This document shows, piece by piece, positions 26,516 through 34,492 of a stretch of DNA of 64,000 bases. The notes beneath the pieces were generated by a model. It was given only the letters and a program-made list of their open reading frames with translations. It was not told the DNA's origin and did not search any database. The DNA lies in NCBI GenBank assembly GCA_016786595.1, contig JAEUWB010000001.1, positions 2,504-66,503 of the forward strand. Reading direction: 5' to 3'. The stretch's first letter is position 1, and every line of letters begins with the position of its first letter. The stretch is from a bacterium (GTDB taxonomy: Bacteria; Bdellovibrionota_C; UBA2361; SZUA-149; JAEUWB01). The position numbers and the translations under genes are program-made.

Positions 26516-27204
26516 TGCCCACGCTCGACACTAAGCTATCAGTCATCATCCCTGTCTATAAGAACTCCGCGACAATTAGCGAATTAACTCAGCGCCTCCA
26601 GCAAACTCTCGAGCATATGCTTACGAGCTACGAAATTATTTTCTGCGTTGATGCTTGCCCAGAAAATTACAGCGCGCTGATCAAAGTACTTGCGGCCAAT
26701 AACACACAAATCAAACTACTCGCGCACCCGACGAATCTTGGGCAACAGCGTGCAATTTTTACAGGCCTCAGGGCCGCAAGCGGCAATATTTTCGCGGTCA
26801 TGGACGCAGATCTCCAGGATCGACCCGAGGACCTGCCTACCCTACTCCTGGAACTTCAAACTGCTTCAGCCGTTTTTGCGGGAAGGCGTGGCCAATACGA
26901 ATCGCGTTTTAGACTTTATACTGGGAAAATCTTTAAAACTTTTTTGTCCTGGATTACTGGGGTTCCTGCCGACGCTGGAGCATTTGTCGTCTTTGACAAA
27001 AGTATTTATGATTTTTTAATGATACATGCTGGTGAAAAACCATTTTTGACTGCCATGATTGGACTAAGTAAGCGTCCAGTTACGTCCATTCCGATTATTC
27101 GCAGCAAACGCGAGCATGGGGAATCTGCATATGGCGCATTTCGGCGTTTGCACCTAGCCACTAATGCAATTATCTATAGCCTTAAGTATAAACTGCTCAA
27201 ATAA
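26515..27204 (+). CDS. Family 2 glycosyltransferase (polyprenyl-phosphate sugar transferase, ArnC/GtrB-like)
   Basis: LSVIIPVYKN...VMDADLQDRPEDL pattern. The start is set to the ATG at 26515, which overlaps the upstream TAA (TAATG); the track ORF starts at 26488. Confidence 0.8.
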   Translation: MPTLDTKLSVIIPVYKNSATISELTQRLQQTLEHMLTSYEIIFCVDACPENYSALIKVLAANNTQIKLLAHPTNLGQQRAIFTGLRAASGNIFAVMDADLQDRPEDLPTLLLELQTASAVFAGRRGQYESRFRLYTGKIFKTFLSWITGVPADAGAFVVFDKSIYDFLMIHAGEKPFLTAMIGLSKRPVTSIPIIRSKREHGESAYGAFRRLHLATNAIIYSLKYKLLK

Positions 27205-27221
27205 CTTTTAAGCCAAAATTT

Positions 27222-27746
27222 ATGGAAAATGCCTGGCAATTTCTTGGTAGTTCTGGAGAAAACCAAAGCTTCATGATTGGCGGCGTAAATGTCTGGTCAC
27301 AGACTTGGGAGTCGCCAACTGGAGAAAAGGTTACAGTCAAAGACCCGCACCATGGGGAAAGTTATATTTTTAGCGTTTATGAAATTAGAGTCGATGGTAA
27401 AAGAGTTCAGTTTCTTGCTGGAGAGTTTTCTAACGGTATTTACGGATTCTATGTCCCAATTGATCAAACCAAGCTAACTTCATTCCGAAAGCATCTTTTC
27501 CTCGCGTTATTACCTTCGCTACTGATGTTTTTGCTTTATTTTACGCCAGTCAGCGTTTGTAGTTGTTTAAATAAGGGCATCATCGCCGCTACGATTGCCT
27601 TGGGCGCAGCATTATCGGGAATTTTTTTCGCTCTCAAAGCAATTGTTGAACAACGCAGGGAAAACCTTATAATCAGTAGAAATTTCGCCTTAATTGCCGC
27701 AATCTTAGCTCTACCAGCCCTGCTACTGCTTGGTCCATTGGGCTGA
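27222..27746 (+). CDS. Hypothetical membrane protein
   Basis: 174-aa ORF with a soluble N-terminal ~85 aa followed by three predicted hydrophobic helices. No family recognised. Confidence 0.55.
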   Translation: MENAWQFLGSSGENQSFMIGGVNVWSQTWESPTGEKVTVKDPHHGESYIFSVYEIRVDGKRVQFLAGEFSNGIYGFYVPIDQTKLTSFRKHLFLALLPSLLMFLLYFTPVSVCSCLNKGIIAATIALGAALSGIFFALKAIVEQRRENLIISRNFALIAAILALPALLLLGPLG

Positions 27747-27955
27747 TTAAATCCAAAGAATTTCAGCTAACTTCGGCAGTTAAAAGCTTAGCGTTTTTGG
27801 CAATACTTTTTAGATTGTGCTAAACTCATGATGGTTAATTTTCCTTAAATTTTTATCCGGGTAGAAGTAGATTATGTTTTGGCGCAATTAAAAGTTAAAA
27901 CTTTTACCTGCGTCGAAGCGATAAGCACTAAGGTTATACTTCTATCAGACCCGCT

Positions 27956-27996
27956 AGGCCTGACTTAAGAGATTTTTTCACTTTTAAGTCAGGCCT
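27956..27996 (+). other. Perfect 13-bp hairpin abutting the RBS of ORF 28016
   Basis: AGGCCTGACTTAA (27956-27968) pairs with TTAAGTCAGGCCT (27984-27996). It is followed directly by AAGGAGG and the ATG at 28016. Confidence 0.6.
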
Positions 27997-28015
27997 AAGG
28001 AGGGCCTGAACAATC

Positions 28016-28687
28016 ATGAAAAAACCCAAAACCCTGAACGCTGATCTGTGGAGAACGGCATGGGCCTTCTACGGAGCAGTTTTCGTGTTCTTAATCGTGG
28101 CGTTGACTGCATCTGCATGGGGAAGTCAACTGCATGTATTGCATCGCGGATCCAATACGACCGTCGAAACAGTCAGCCTTTCAAGAATCTCTCTTGGAGG
28201 AGTTAAGATCTCAGTCGAAACTCCAGTCGGCTGGCGTGCCAGATACGACACTGACCTCGACCTCGTTGAGTTCGTGCTCGAAGGTGGCAAACCGCTCCCC
28301 GAAAACCAAGCCCTTGAGCTCAGCCTCGGCGGCGCATACGATGCCCATGAGCAAGATGAGATTCTGGCTGCAATCAAGCGCGGCGGCATGAAGGCTCTTG
28401 TCCATGACTACTCCGCAAGGAAAATTGTGTCGGCCGCGAATCCTTCAGCGGTTCAGACTCTCGAGGCTACGTCCGACAAGGTCTCTTTCACCTACACGGT
28501 AAGTGGAGAAGAGGATGGTAAGGTCTGGCACAGACGCATCGTCTGCTGCTACTGGCTTGCCAAATCTGCCGACAAGGAAATTCTGGTCGCACTGAATGCC
28601 ACAGTCGACTGGGACAAAGCTGAACCCGAAGGCTGGCTCAAATCGATCACAGCGATCCGAGACACGGTCTGCTCTGGGTCGAAATGA
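28016..28687 (+). CDS. Hypothetical membrane-anchored protein (G+C-rich orphan)
   Basis: 223-aa ORF with a strong AAGGAGG RBS and one N-terminal TM helix. Stop-free shadow ORFs in three other frames indicate locally elevated G+C. Confidence 0.65.
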   Translation: MKKPKTLNADLWRTAWAFYGAVFVFLIVALTASAWGSQLHVLHRGSNTTVETVSLSRISLGGVKISVETPVGWRARYDTDLDLVEFVLEGGKPLPENQALELSLGGAYDAHEQDEILAAIKRGGMKALVHDYSARKIVSAANPSAVQTLEATSDKVSFTYTVSGEEDGKVWHRRIVCCYWLAKSADKEILVALNATVDWDKAEPEGWLKSITAIRDTVCSGSK

Positions 28688-28710
28688 GATCGGTCGCTGC
28701 AACAAAAAAT

Positions 28711-28740
28711 AGGGCGTCACCCTTTTTGGAATGACGCCCT
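28711..28740. terminator. Bidirectional rho-independent terminator between convergent genes
   Basis: 9-bp GC-rich stem AGGGCGTCA / TGACGCCCT, flanked by an A-run upstream and a T-rich tract downstream. Confidence 0.75.
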
Positions 28741-28770
28741 AAAGATTTTTAGCTTATCGCCTCGACTTTT

Positions 28771-29100
28771 CTAACGTTCTATCGCCTTAGTAGTCTCTAA
28801 ATCTGGATTGGGACAAGCAGAACGGCATTGTCTTTGTTGAGCAGCACCAGCAAGCTGCTTACAACATTCAATACATGTGCGGCGATTTGCACAGTTTCCG
28901 CAATACTGATAGCTCGGAATTTCAACAATATCACCATTGTCGTCTTTGCATGAGAATTTTGCAGCATTCAGCATATTCACTAAGCAATCTAGGCTAACAA
29001 AATTACTCTCTCTACATTCTTCTGCTCGCGCACTCAAATTATAGATAAACGGAATGGCTAGGAAATAAAAACAAACAAATAATCGAACTAACTTCTTCAC
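28771..29100 (-). CDS. Small Cys-rich secreted protein
   Basis: 109-aa ORF with a signal peptide (...NLSARA-EE) and 12 Cys in the mature part, including a CC doublet and a C-terminal CRSACPNPD. That motif is shared with ORF 44675 (CAAACPYKD). Confidence 0.65.
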   Translation of the reverse strand: MKKLVRLFVCFYFLAIPFIYNLSARAEECRESNFVSLDCLVNMLNAAKFSCKDDNGDIVEIPSYQYCGNCANRRTCIECCKQLAGAAQQRQCRSACPNPDLETTKAIER

Positions 29101-29324
29101 AACTAATTTCTCCTTCTATTTTTCACACAATTATGATTTTTGCTCTCGCGATGAGAGCTAAGAACCTCAAACAACCTATTGAATAAAAAGAAGGACGGGT
29201 GCTTCATCATACAGCCAGCCAATCTAAGCAGGCATGCTGCACAGTGGGACATCCGTGCGTAGCAAGGAATGCTCATACGCAAAGCCTACATAAGCTTAAG
29301 ATCATCGACTGTCAACTGCGCGTG

Positions 29325-30701
29325 CTAGGCAGAATGAAAAACTTCTTGTTCAACAAGAGAGATTTTCTCGTGCCACTTGATTAGATTGACGACAAGAGAA
29401 TTAAGCTCTTCAATTCCTTGAATAATTTCCTGGTCAGCAGTTTGTTTGATAAAATCAAAATCAGATTCCAAGGCGTCTTTATCGATTTTTTTTGCCTCAA
29501 CCTTCTGAGCCACCTGCTGATAGGCATCTCGAAAAGGCATGCCCGACTGAACTAAGCGAAAAGCTTCATATGTCGCATAAAGCTCAGATGTCATTGCAGC
29601 CTGGAGTCGCTCTTGATTCAAGGTGAAACCTTTAACTAATAGCTCTGTCATCGCAAAAATATCAGCTAGCTCTTGCGCGCCTGCAACTAATGGTTCCTTA
29701 GAGTATTGCAGGTCACGATGATAATTTGAGGGAAGTTTAGCAATTACCCATTCAAGCTCTGTGGCCTTTGATCTAACACGTGAGGCCTTGCCACGTAGCA
29801 ACTCGGCCAAGTCAGGATTACGCTTTTGCGGCATAATCGAGGAACCTGTGGTGAGTTCTTTGGGTAATTTTATAAAACCGAATTCTTCAGAACAGTAAAG
29901 GACAAAATCCCAACCAAGTTTTTCATATAAACTGGCAATCCTGGCAGCAAATTGCAAGGCACGCAGCTCGTTGCGACCACGACTATTTTGTACATCAATC
30001 ACACTGCGCTGAGCAGCGTCAAAACCTAAAAGCCTTGCAACCATTTCTCGGTCAAGCGGCAAAGAGCTACCAAAGCCGGCGCCGGCACCAAGTGGATTGC
30101 GATTAAGAATTAAAATTAAGCCTAAACCTTCGCGAGCTAAATCGAGCGTGCCTTCAGCAAAAGCATGCATCCACATCGCAACACTTGAAGGCATCGCGCG
30201 CTGGAGATGCGTGTACCCAGGCATGGCGATATGCCCAAAGTGCTGGGCGCGACTAAAAAAGAGTGTCGATAAATCAAGTAGGTGCTTTGTCCAGCTCATC
30301 ACCAAATGCCGTGTGTAGAGTCTTGTCGCTAGTAAAATTTGGTCGTTTCTCGACCGCCCCGCATGAATGCGCTTACCAGTTTCTCCGTATTTTTCAGCAA
30401 GTTTACTTTCAATAACAGTATGAGCGTCTTCAAGTTCGACTGGGATCTGGAAATTCCCCTCTGCTGCAGTTTGCGCGATTTCCTTTAGCCCCGCTAAGAG
30501 CTTTACTAGTTCGTCTTTTTTGAGAATCCCGATTGATTCCAGCATTTTTGCGTGCGCGGCAGAGCCGATGCAATCAAAACGCGCGATTTGACAGTCAACT
30601 AGATAATCGGTGCCGACAGTTAGACGCAACATTAAGTCGTCAACTTGATAGCCTTTATTCCAGAGTGGGTTTGATTTGTTCATAGGTGGTTTATAATCCA
30701 T
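29325..30701 (-). CDS. argH: Argininosuccinate lyase
   Basis: Fumarate-lyase superfamily signature GSSIMPQKRNPD and full-length ArgH pattern. The start is uncertain (ATG at 30701 or 30683). The track ORF start at 30752 lies inside a palindromic repeat. Confidence 0.92.
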   Translation of the reverse strand: MDYKPPMNKSNPLWNKGYQVDDLMLRLTVGTDYLVDCQIARFDCIGSAAHAKMLESIGILKKDELVKLLAGLKEIAQTAAEGNFQIPVELEDAHTVIESKLAEKYGETGKRIHAGRSRNDQILLATRLYTRHLVMSWTKHLLDLSTLFFSRAQHFGHIAMPGYTHLQRAMPSSVAMWMHAFAEGTLDLAREGLGLILILNRNPLGAGAGFGSSLPLDREMVARLLGFDAAQRSVIDVQNSRGRNELRALQFAARIASLYEKLGWDFVLYCSEEFGFIKLPKELTTGSSIMPQKRNPDLAELLRGKASRVRSKATELEWVIAKLPSNYHRDLQYSKEPLVAGAQELADIFAMTELLVKGFTLNQERLQAAMTSELYATYEAFRLVQSGMPFRDAYQQVAQKVEAKKIDKDALESDFDFIKQTADQEIIQGIEELNSLVVNLIKWHEKISLVEQEVFHSA

Positions 30702-30716
30702 ACAATTCAGTCTTTT

Positions 30717-30798
30717 GCTTAGGCTCGAACTTATACTTCTTCTTATTTTCACCTTGAATTGAAAAAGATAAAGTATAAGGAGCAGTGCAAGCCTAAGC
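30717..30798. repeat. Family-1 palindromic element
   Basis: Arms GCTTAGGCTCGAACTTATACTTCT... (30717-30750) and ...AAGTATAAGGAGCAGTGCAAGCCTAAGC (30761-30798). Confidence 0.7.
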
Positions 30799-30875
30799 CC
30801 GAGATCCTAATATTTCGTCGTCGCGTAGTAATCGCTAGTTCAGTCTAGCTCAATAAAAAACTATAAAAACCAGCT

Positions 30876-30917
30876 TGCATAATTATGCGCATAAATGTAT
30901 AAATTATGCAATTATGC
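30876..30917. promoter_or_regulatory. Putative ArgR operator (tandem ARG-box-like palindromes)
   Basis: TGCATAATTATGCG (30876-30889), TGTATAAATTATGCA (30896-30910) and TGCAATTATGC (30907-30917). These resemble the ARG-box core TGAAT-AATT-ATTCA. They lie in the argH/argR divergent region and overlap the argR start. Confidence 0.55.
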
Positions 30918-31357
30918 TAGATGAACGCATTAAACGGCAGCGCGCTTTGGTTAAGATTCTTAAGTCAAAGCCTTATACTACGCAAGACGACGTAGCGTCT
31001 GCCCTTGAGTCTGAGGGTTTTGAAGTCACCCAGTCAAGTATAAGTCGGGACTTTCGTGAGCTTGGAGTCGTTAAAGTTGGCGGTAGATACACCTCAACTT
31101 TACGATTTACTGGTGATGCAAATAGCGCAGCGCTCCAGGGGCTCATAAAAAATATTGATCCAGCAGGTGGAAATCTGCTTGTCGTAAAAACAACTCCCGG
31201 CGCTGCAAATGTTGTCGCCGCAAGACTTGATGAGAAAGACCTAAACGAAGTGGTCGGTACAATTGCCGGTGATGATACAATTTTCGTAGCCACTAAAACC
31301 AAACGCGGCCAGGCGCATGTGATCCAAGCCTTAGAAAAGCTCGATCGCATTTTTTAA
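30914..31357 (+). CDS. argR: Arginine repressor
   Basis: 147 aa from the ATG at 30914 (MLDERIKRQRAL...). It has an N-terminal winged-helix (TQDDVASALESEGFEVTQSSISRD) and a C-terminal GTIAGDDTIFV oligomerisation/arginine-binding motif. The track's TTG start at 30875 is rejected. Confidence 0.9.
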   Translation: MLDERIKRQRALVKILKSKPYTTQDDVASALESEGFEVTQSSISRDFRELGVVKVGGRYTSTLRFTGDANSAALQGLIKNIDPAGGNLLVVKTTPGAANVVAARLDEKDLNEVVGTIAGDDTIFVATKTKRGQAHVIQALEKLDRIF

Positions 31358-31376
31358 TTACCTTCTAGGAAAAATC

Positions 31377-32432
31377 ATGAGAATTATTGCTGATAAAATT
31401 GCTTCTGTTACTAAAAACGTTGCGTTGACACGTGAATTGCGGCTTGCCTCAGAAATCCTAGCAGTCGAAGGTCAAATCATCGCCGGACGCTTGCACGGAC
31501 AGAAAAGCGTCTACAATCAAGTTGAAAACTGCCAAGGCCGGATGGTCACCCTACAAGAAGGAGATATTCTAGTTGGCGCACTTGGTCATCGCAATGCACT
31601 GCATGGATATTCAGGAGTCGTGCCCGACTCGGTCAAAGTAGGCGACAGACTGAATGTCTTAAACTTAGGCGGCGTGATCGGGCAATGCACTTCAATTAAC
31701 CCAGAATACGGCAAGCCCTTTGAATTTGAAGTTTTAGGATCGGTTTTAATCTTCCCAGATTTCCAAAGCCGCCAAGGTATTCCTGCACAAACCAGCATGA
31801 ATGCTCTACCCCAAGTCACAAGCCTGGCGAGTTATCCTAAAACACCTTTAGTTTTTGTCGCCGGAACTTGCATGCAGGCGGGAAAAACTTTTGCCACCTG
31901 TCAAATCATTCGTGCCCTTTCCAGTGCAGGACTAAAAGTCGGAGCCTGCAAAGTTACAGGCGTTTCATTGATGCGTGATACGCTCAACATGCTCGACTAC
32001 GGCGCTGATGCGATTCAATCTTTTATGGACGCAGGCGTTGTCACAACCGACGAGAAGACTTCGCTTCCAGCAGCTCTGGCTGTAATCGGCTCGCTGTCTG
32101 AAAAAGGTCTAGACGCGATCGTGGTCGAGCTTGGCGATGGAATTTTAGGCCAGTACGGTGTGCAAGGAATTCTCGGTAGTCAAGAGCTGATTAACCGTGT
32201 TGCCGCCCTGATCATGTGCGCAAATGACCCCGTCGCTGCCTGGGGTGCGGCAGCAATTATGAACGATACTTACAAGCGCAAAATCGATCTCTTTAGCGGC
32301 CCGACAACGGATAATGCAGCCGGCACAGGCTATATCGAAAAGGAATTAGGTATCCCTGCCATTAACGCGCGCAATAACGGTAAGGAATTGGGAGAATTTA
32401 TTTTGAATTTAGTTAAAAACCATGGCTGCTAA
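31377..32432 (+). CDS. Uncharacterised P-loop (GTxxxxGKT) protein encoded inside the arg operon
   Basis: 351-aa ORF with an N-terminal ~150-aa domain, then VFVAGTCMQAGKTFATCQIIRAL (Walker-A-like, BioD/CobQ/DUF1611-style). It lies 19 nt after argR, and its stop overlaps the argC start by 11 nt. Confidence 0.6.
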   Translation: MRIIADKIASVTKNVALTRELRLASEILAVEGQIIAGRLHGQKSVYNQVENCQGRMVTLQEGDILVGALGHRNALHGYSGVVPDSVKVGDRLNVLNLGGVIGQCTSINPEYGKPFEFEVLGSVLIFPDFQSRQGIPAQTSMNALPQVTSLASYPKTPLVFVAGTCMQAGKTFATCQIIRALSSAGLKVGACKVTGVSLMRDTLNMLDYGADAIQSFMDAGVVTTDEKTSLPAALAVIGSLSEKGLDAIVVELGDGILGQYGVQGILGSQELINRVAALIMCANDPVAAWGAAAIMNDTYKRKIDLFSGPTTDNAAGTGYIEKELGIPAINARNNGKELGEFILNLVKNHGC

Positions 32433-33486
32433 TCATCAAGAAAAAATCGGCATAGCAATTTTAGGAGTTACTGGATTCGGTGGCGGTGAGTTTTTACGCC
32501 TAATCACTCAGCACCCTAACGCTCAAGTCGTTTCCGTCCACACCACTTCTAACCCAGGGAAAGCAATTGACGAGGTGCACCCCCATTTAAAGGGTTTTTA
32601 TAACCTCAAGCTGGAAGAGGATTTTAACGCCGATAAATTAGCTAATTTTAAACATAAAATAATAATTTCAGCCTTGCCACATGGCCCTTCAGGCAAAGCT
32701 ATCGAAGGGCTGCATCGACTAGTCGCAAAGCAGGGTATAAAAGTTATTGATCTCTCTGGCGATTTACGGCTCAAAGACGAGACGCTGCATCGACAATATT
32801 ATCCACACTCTGAGGCCTTGACGACGCTTCGCAAAGAAGCAGTTTTCGGGCTGACTGAAATTCACTGTGAGCAAATTAAAGCGGCAACGCTTCTTTCCAA
32901 TCCAGGCTGCCTTGCCACTGCAAGCATTTTAGCTTTAGCACCGCTAAGCAAAACTTTAGGGTCGGAGTTAATAGCTGTCGCAGTCGATGCAAAAACGGGA
33001 TCATCTGGGGCCGGGAAAACTCTTTCTGAAACAACCCATCACCCGCAACGGCACGACAATTTTTCATACTATAAGGCTTTTGATCATCAGCACGAGCCAG
33101 AGATTGTAGAAAATATTAAGCTCTCAGTAGACACTTCGTTTAGTTTCCTCGCGCAAAGACTGCCAATTGCACGCGGCATTTTTGTCACTGCTCATGCTGA
33201 GTTAAAGCACGCCGTAGAAAAAACTAAAATCGTCAATGCTTTTCAAGAATTTTACGCTACTGCACCGTTTGTAAGAATCCGTAACTCTTCCCCGGAAATT
33301 CAAAACGTTGTCGGATCAAATTTTTGTGACCTTGCAATTGAAGTCCGCGGCAAACAGCTTTTAATCGCCGTAGCAATTGATAATTTAGTTAAAGGCATGG
33401 TCGGACAGGCAATTCAGAATATGAATTTGATGTGTGGACTAGATCAAACAACCGGGCTTTGGACTCCAGCCCTTAATTTAAGTTAA
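32422..33486 (+). CDS. argC: N-acetyl-gamma-glutamyl-phosphate reductase
   Basis: 354-aa ORF with GVTGFGGGEFLRL NAD motif, active-site SNPGCLATA, and a C-terminal DNLVKGMVGQAIQNMN. Confidence 0.92.
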   Translation: MAANHQEKIGIAILGVTGFGGGEFLRLITQHPNAQVVSVHTTSNPGKAIDEVHPHLKGFYNLKLEEDFNADKLANFKHKIIISALPHGPSGKAIEGLHRLVAKQGIKVIDLSGDLRLKDETLHRQYYPHSEALTTLRKEAVFGLTEIHCEQIKAATLLSNPGCLATASILALAPLSKTLGSELIAVAVDAKTGSSGAGKTLSETTHHPQRHDNFSYYKAFDHQHEPEIVENIKLSVDTSFSFLAQRLPIARGIFVTAHAELKHAVEKTKIVNAFQEFYATAPFVRIRNSSPEIQNVVGSNFCDLAIEVRGKQLLIAVAIDNLVKGMVGQAIQNMNLMCGLDQTTGLWTPALNLS

Positions 33487-33493
33487 AGGCGCG

Positions 33494-34492
33494 ATGCAAA
33501 ACTGGATTAGCTTTAAAGATCACTCCGCTAACGCACTGCAAGCCTTAGTCGCACGTGCCATAGAAATCAAGGCGGGGTCAGAGGTTGATTCCCTGCGTGG
33601 AAAAATCTTAGGCATGATGTTTTTCAATAGTTCGCTGCGCACTCGCTCTTCCTTTGAAGCCTTGATGTTTCGCCATGGTGGCCACGCCATGACACTTACT
33701 CCTGGACAAGATACTTGGAACTTTGAGCATCGCGAAGGAATTCTCATGGACGCTGATAAAGCAGAGCATCTCAAAGAAGCAGTCCGAGTATTAAGCCGCT
33801 ATGTTGATGCACTGGGTGTGAGGAGTTTCGCCAAATTAGAAAGCTTAGTTGATGACCTGAGTGAGCCTGTCATTTCAGCGTTCTGTATGTATAGCGAAAA
33901 GCCTATAGTTAATCTCGAGTCTGCAGCAGAACACCCCTGCCAAGCGCTTGCCGATATGCAAACCTTAGCGGAGAAATTTAAAAATACAGGTGGACCCAAG
34001 GGCAAGAAATTCGTCTTAAGATGGCTGCCACATTTACGTGGACTACCCATGGCTGTTCCCCACTCTGCCCTACTAGCTGCAGCAAATCATGGCATGGACA
34101 TCACAATTGTCGCTCCGCAAGGTTATGAGCTGGCAGCTGACTATCTGGCTCTGGCTAACCAGCGTGTGGAGCAAACTGGAGGTTCGCTTTCGGTGAGTAA
34201 TGATAAATCCCAAACTCTCCAAGCTGATGTTGTCTACGGAAAAAGCTGGGGGGCCTCAATTTTCTACGGCAAACCCGACGATCAGAAGCTCTCACTAGCA
34301 GAACACCGCTCCTGGAGGCTCGAGCTTGGAGATCTCAATCCGCAAACGCTTTTTATGCATTGCCTACCGCTTAGAAGAAATCTAAAAGTCACGGATGCGG
34401 TAATTGATTCGAAAAATTCAATTATTATTGATCAGGCAGAAAATCGCTATTGGGCGCAAACTGCTATTATGGAGGCAATTTTTAAGCAATGA
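33494..34492 (+). CDS. argF': N-acyl-L-ornithine carbamoyltransferase (AOTCase/SOTCase type, not classical OTCase)
   Basis: 332-aa ORF. SLRTRSSFE carbamoyl-phosphate motif, HPCQALAD, YGKSWGA in place of the OTCase SMG loop, and HCLPLRRNLKVTDAV...DQAENR. Resembles Xanthomonas-type N-acetylornithine transcarbamylase along the whole length (comparison from memory). Confidence 0.85.
   Translation: MQNWISFKDHSANALQALVARAIEIKAGSEVDSLRGKILGMMFFNSSLRTRSSFEALMFRHGGHAMTLTPGQDTWNFEHREGILMDADKAEHLKEAVRVLSRYVDALGVRSFAKLESLVDDLSEPVISAFCMYSEKPIVNLESAAEHPCQALADMQTLAEKFKNTGGPKGKKFVLRWLPHLRGLPMAVPHSALLAAANHGMDITIVAPQGYELAADYLALANQRVEQTGGSLSVSNDKSQTLQADVVYGKSWGASIFYGKPDDQKLSLAEHRSWRLELGDLNPQTLFMHCLPLRRNLKVTDAVIDSKNSIIIDQAENRYWAQTAIMEAIFKQ

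Noticed and set aside
29325-30752. Full-length track version of argH (475 aa), and the TTG start at 30875 for argR
   Set aside because: The extra argH N-terminus would be translated from a family-1 palindrome, and the argR extension would be translated from the ARG-box operator. Internal ATGs give canonical protein lengths.
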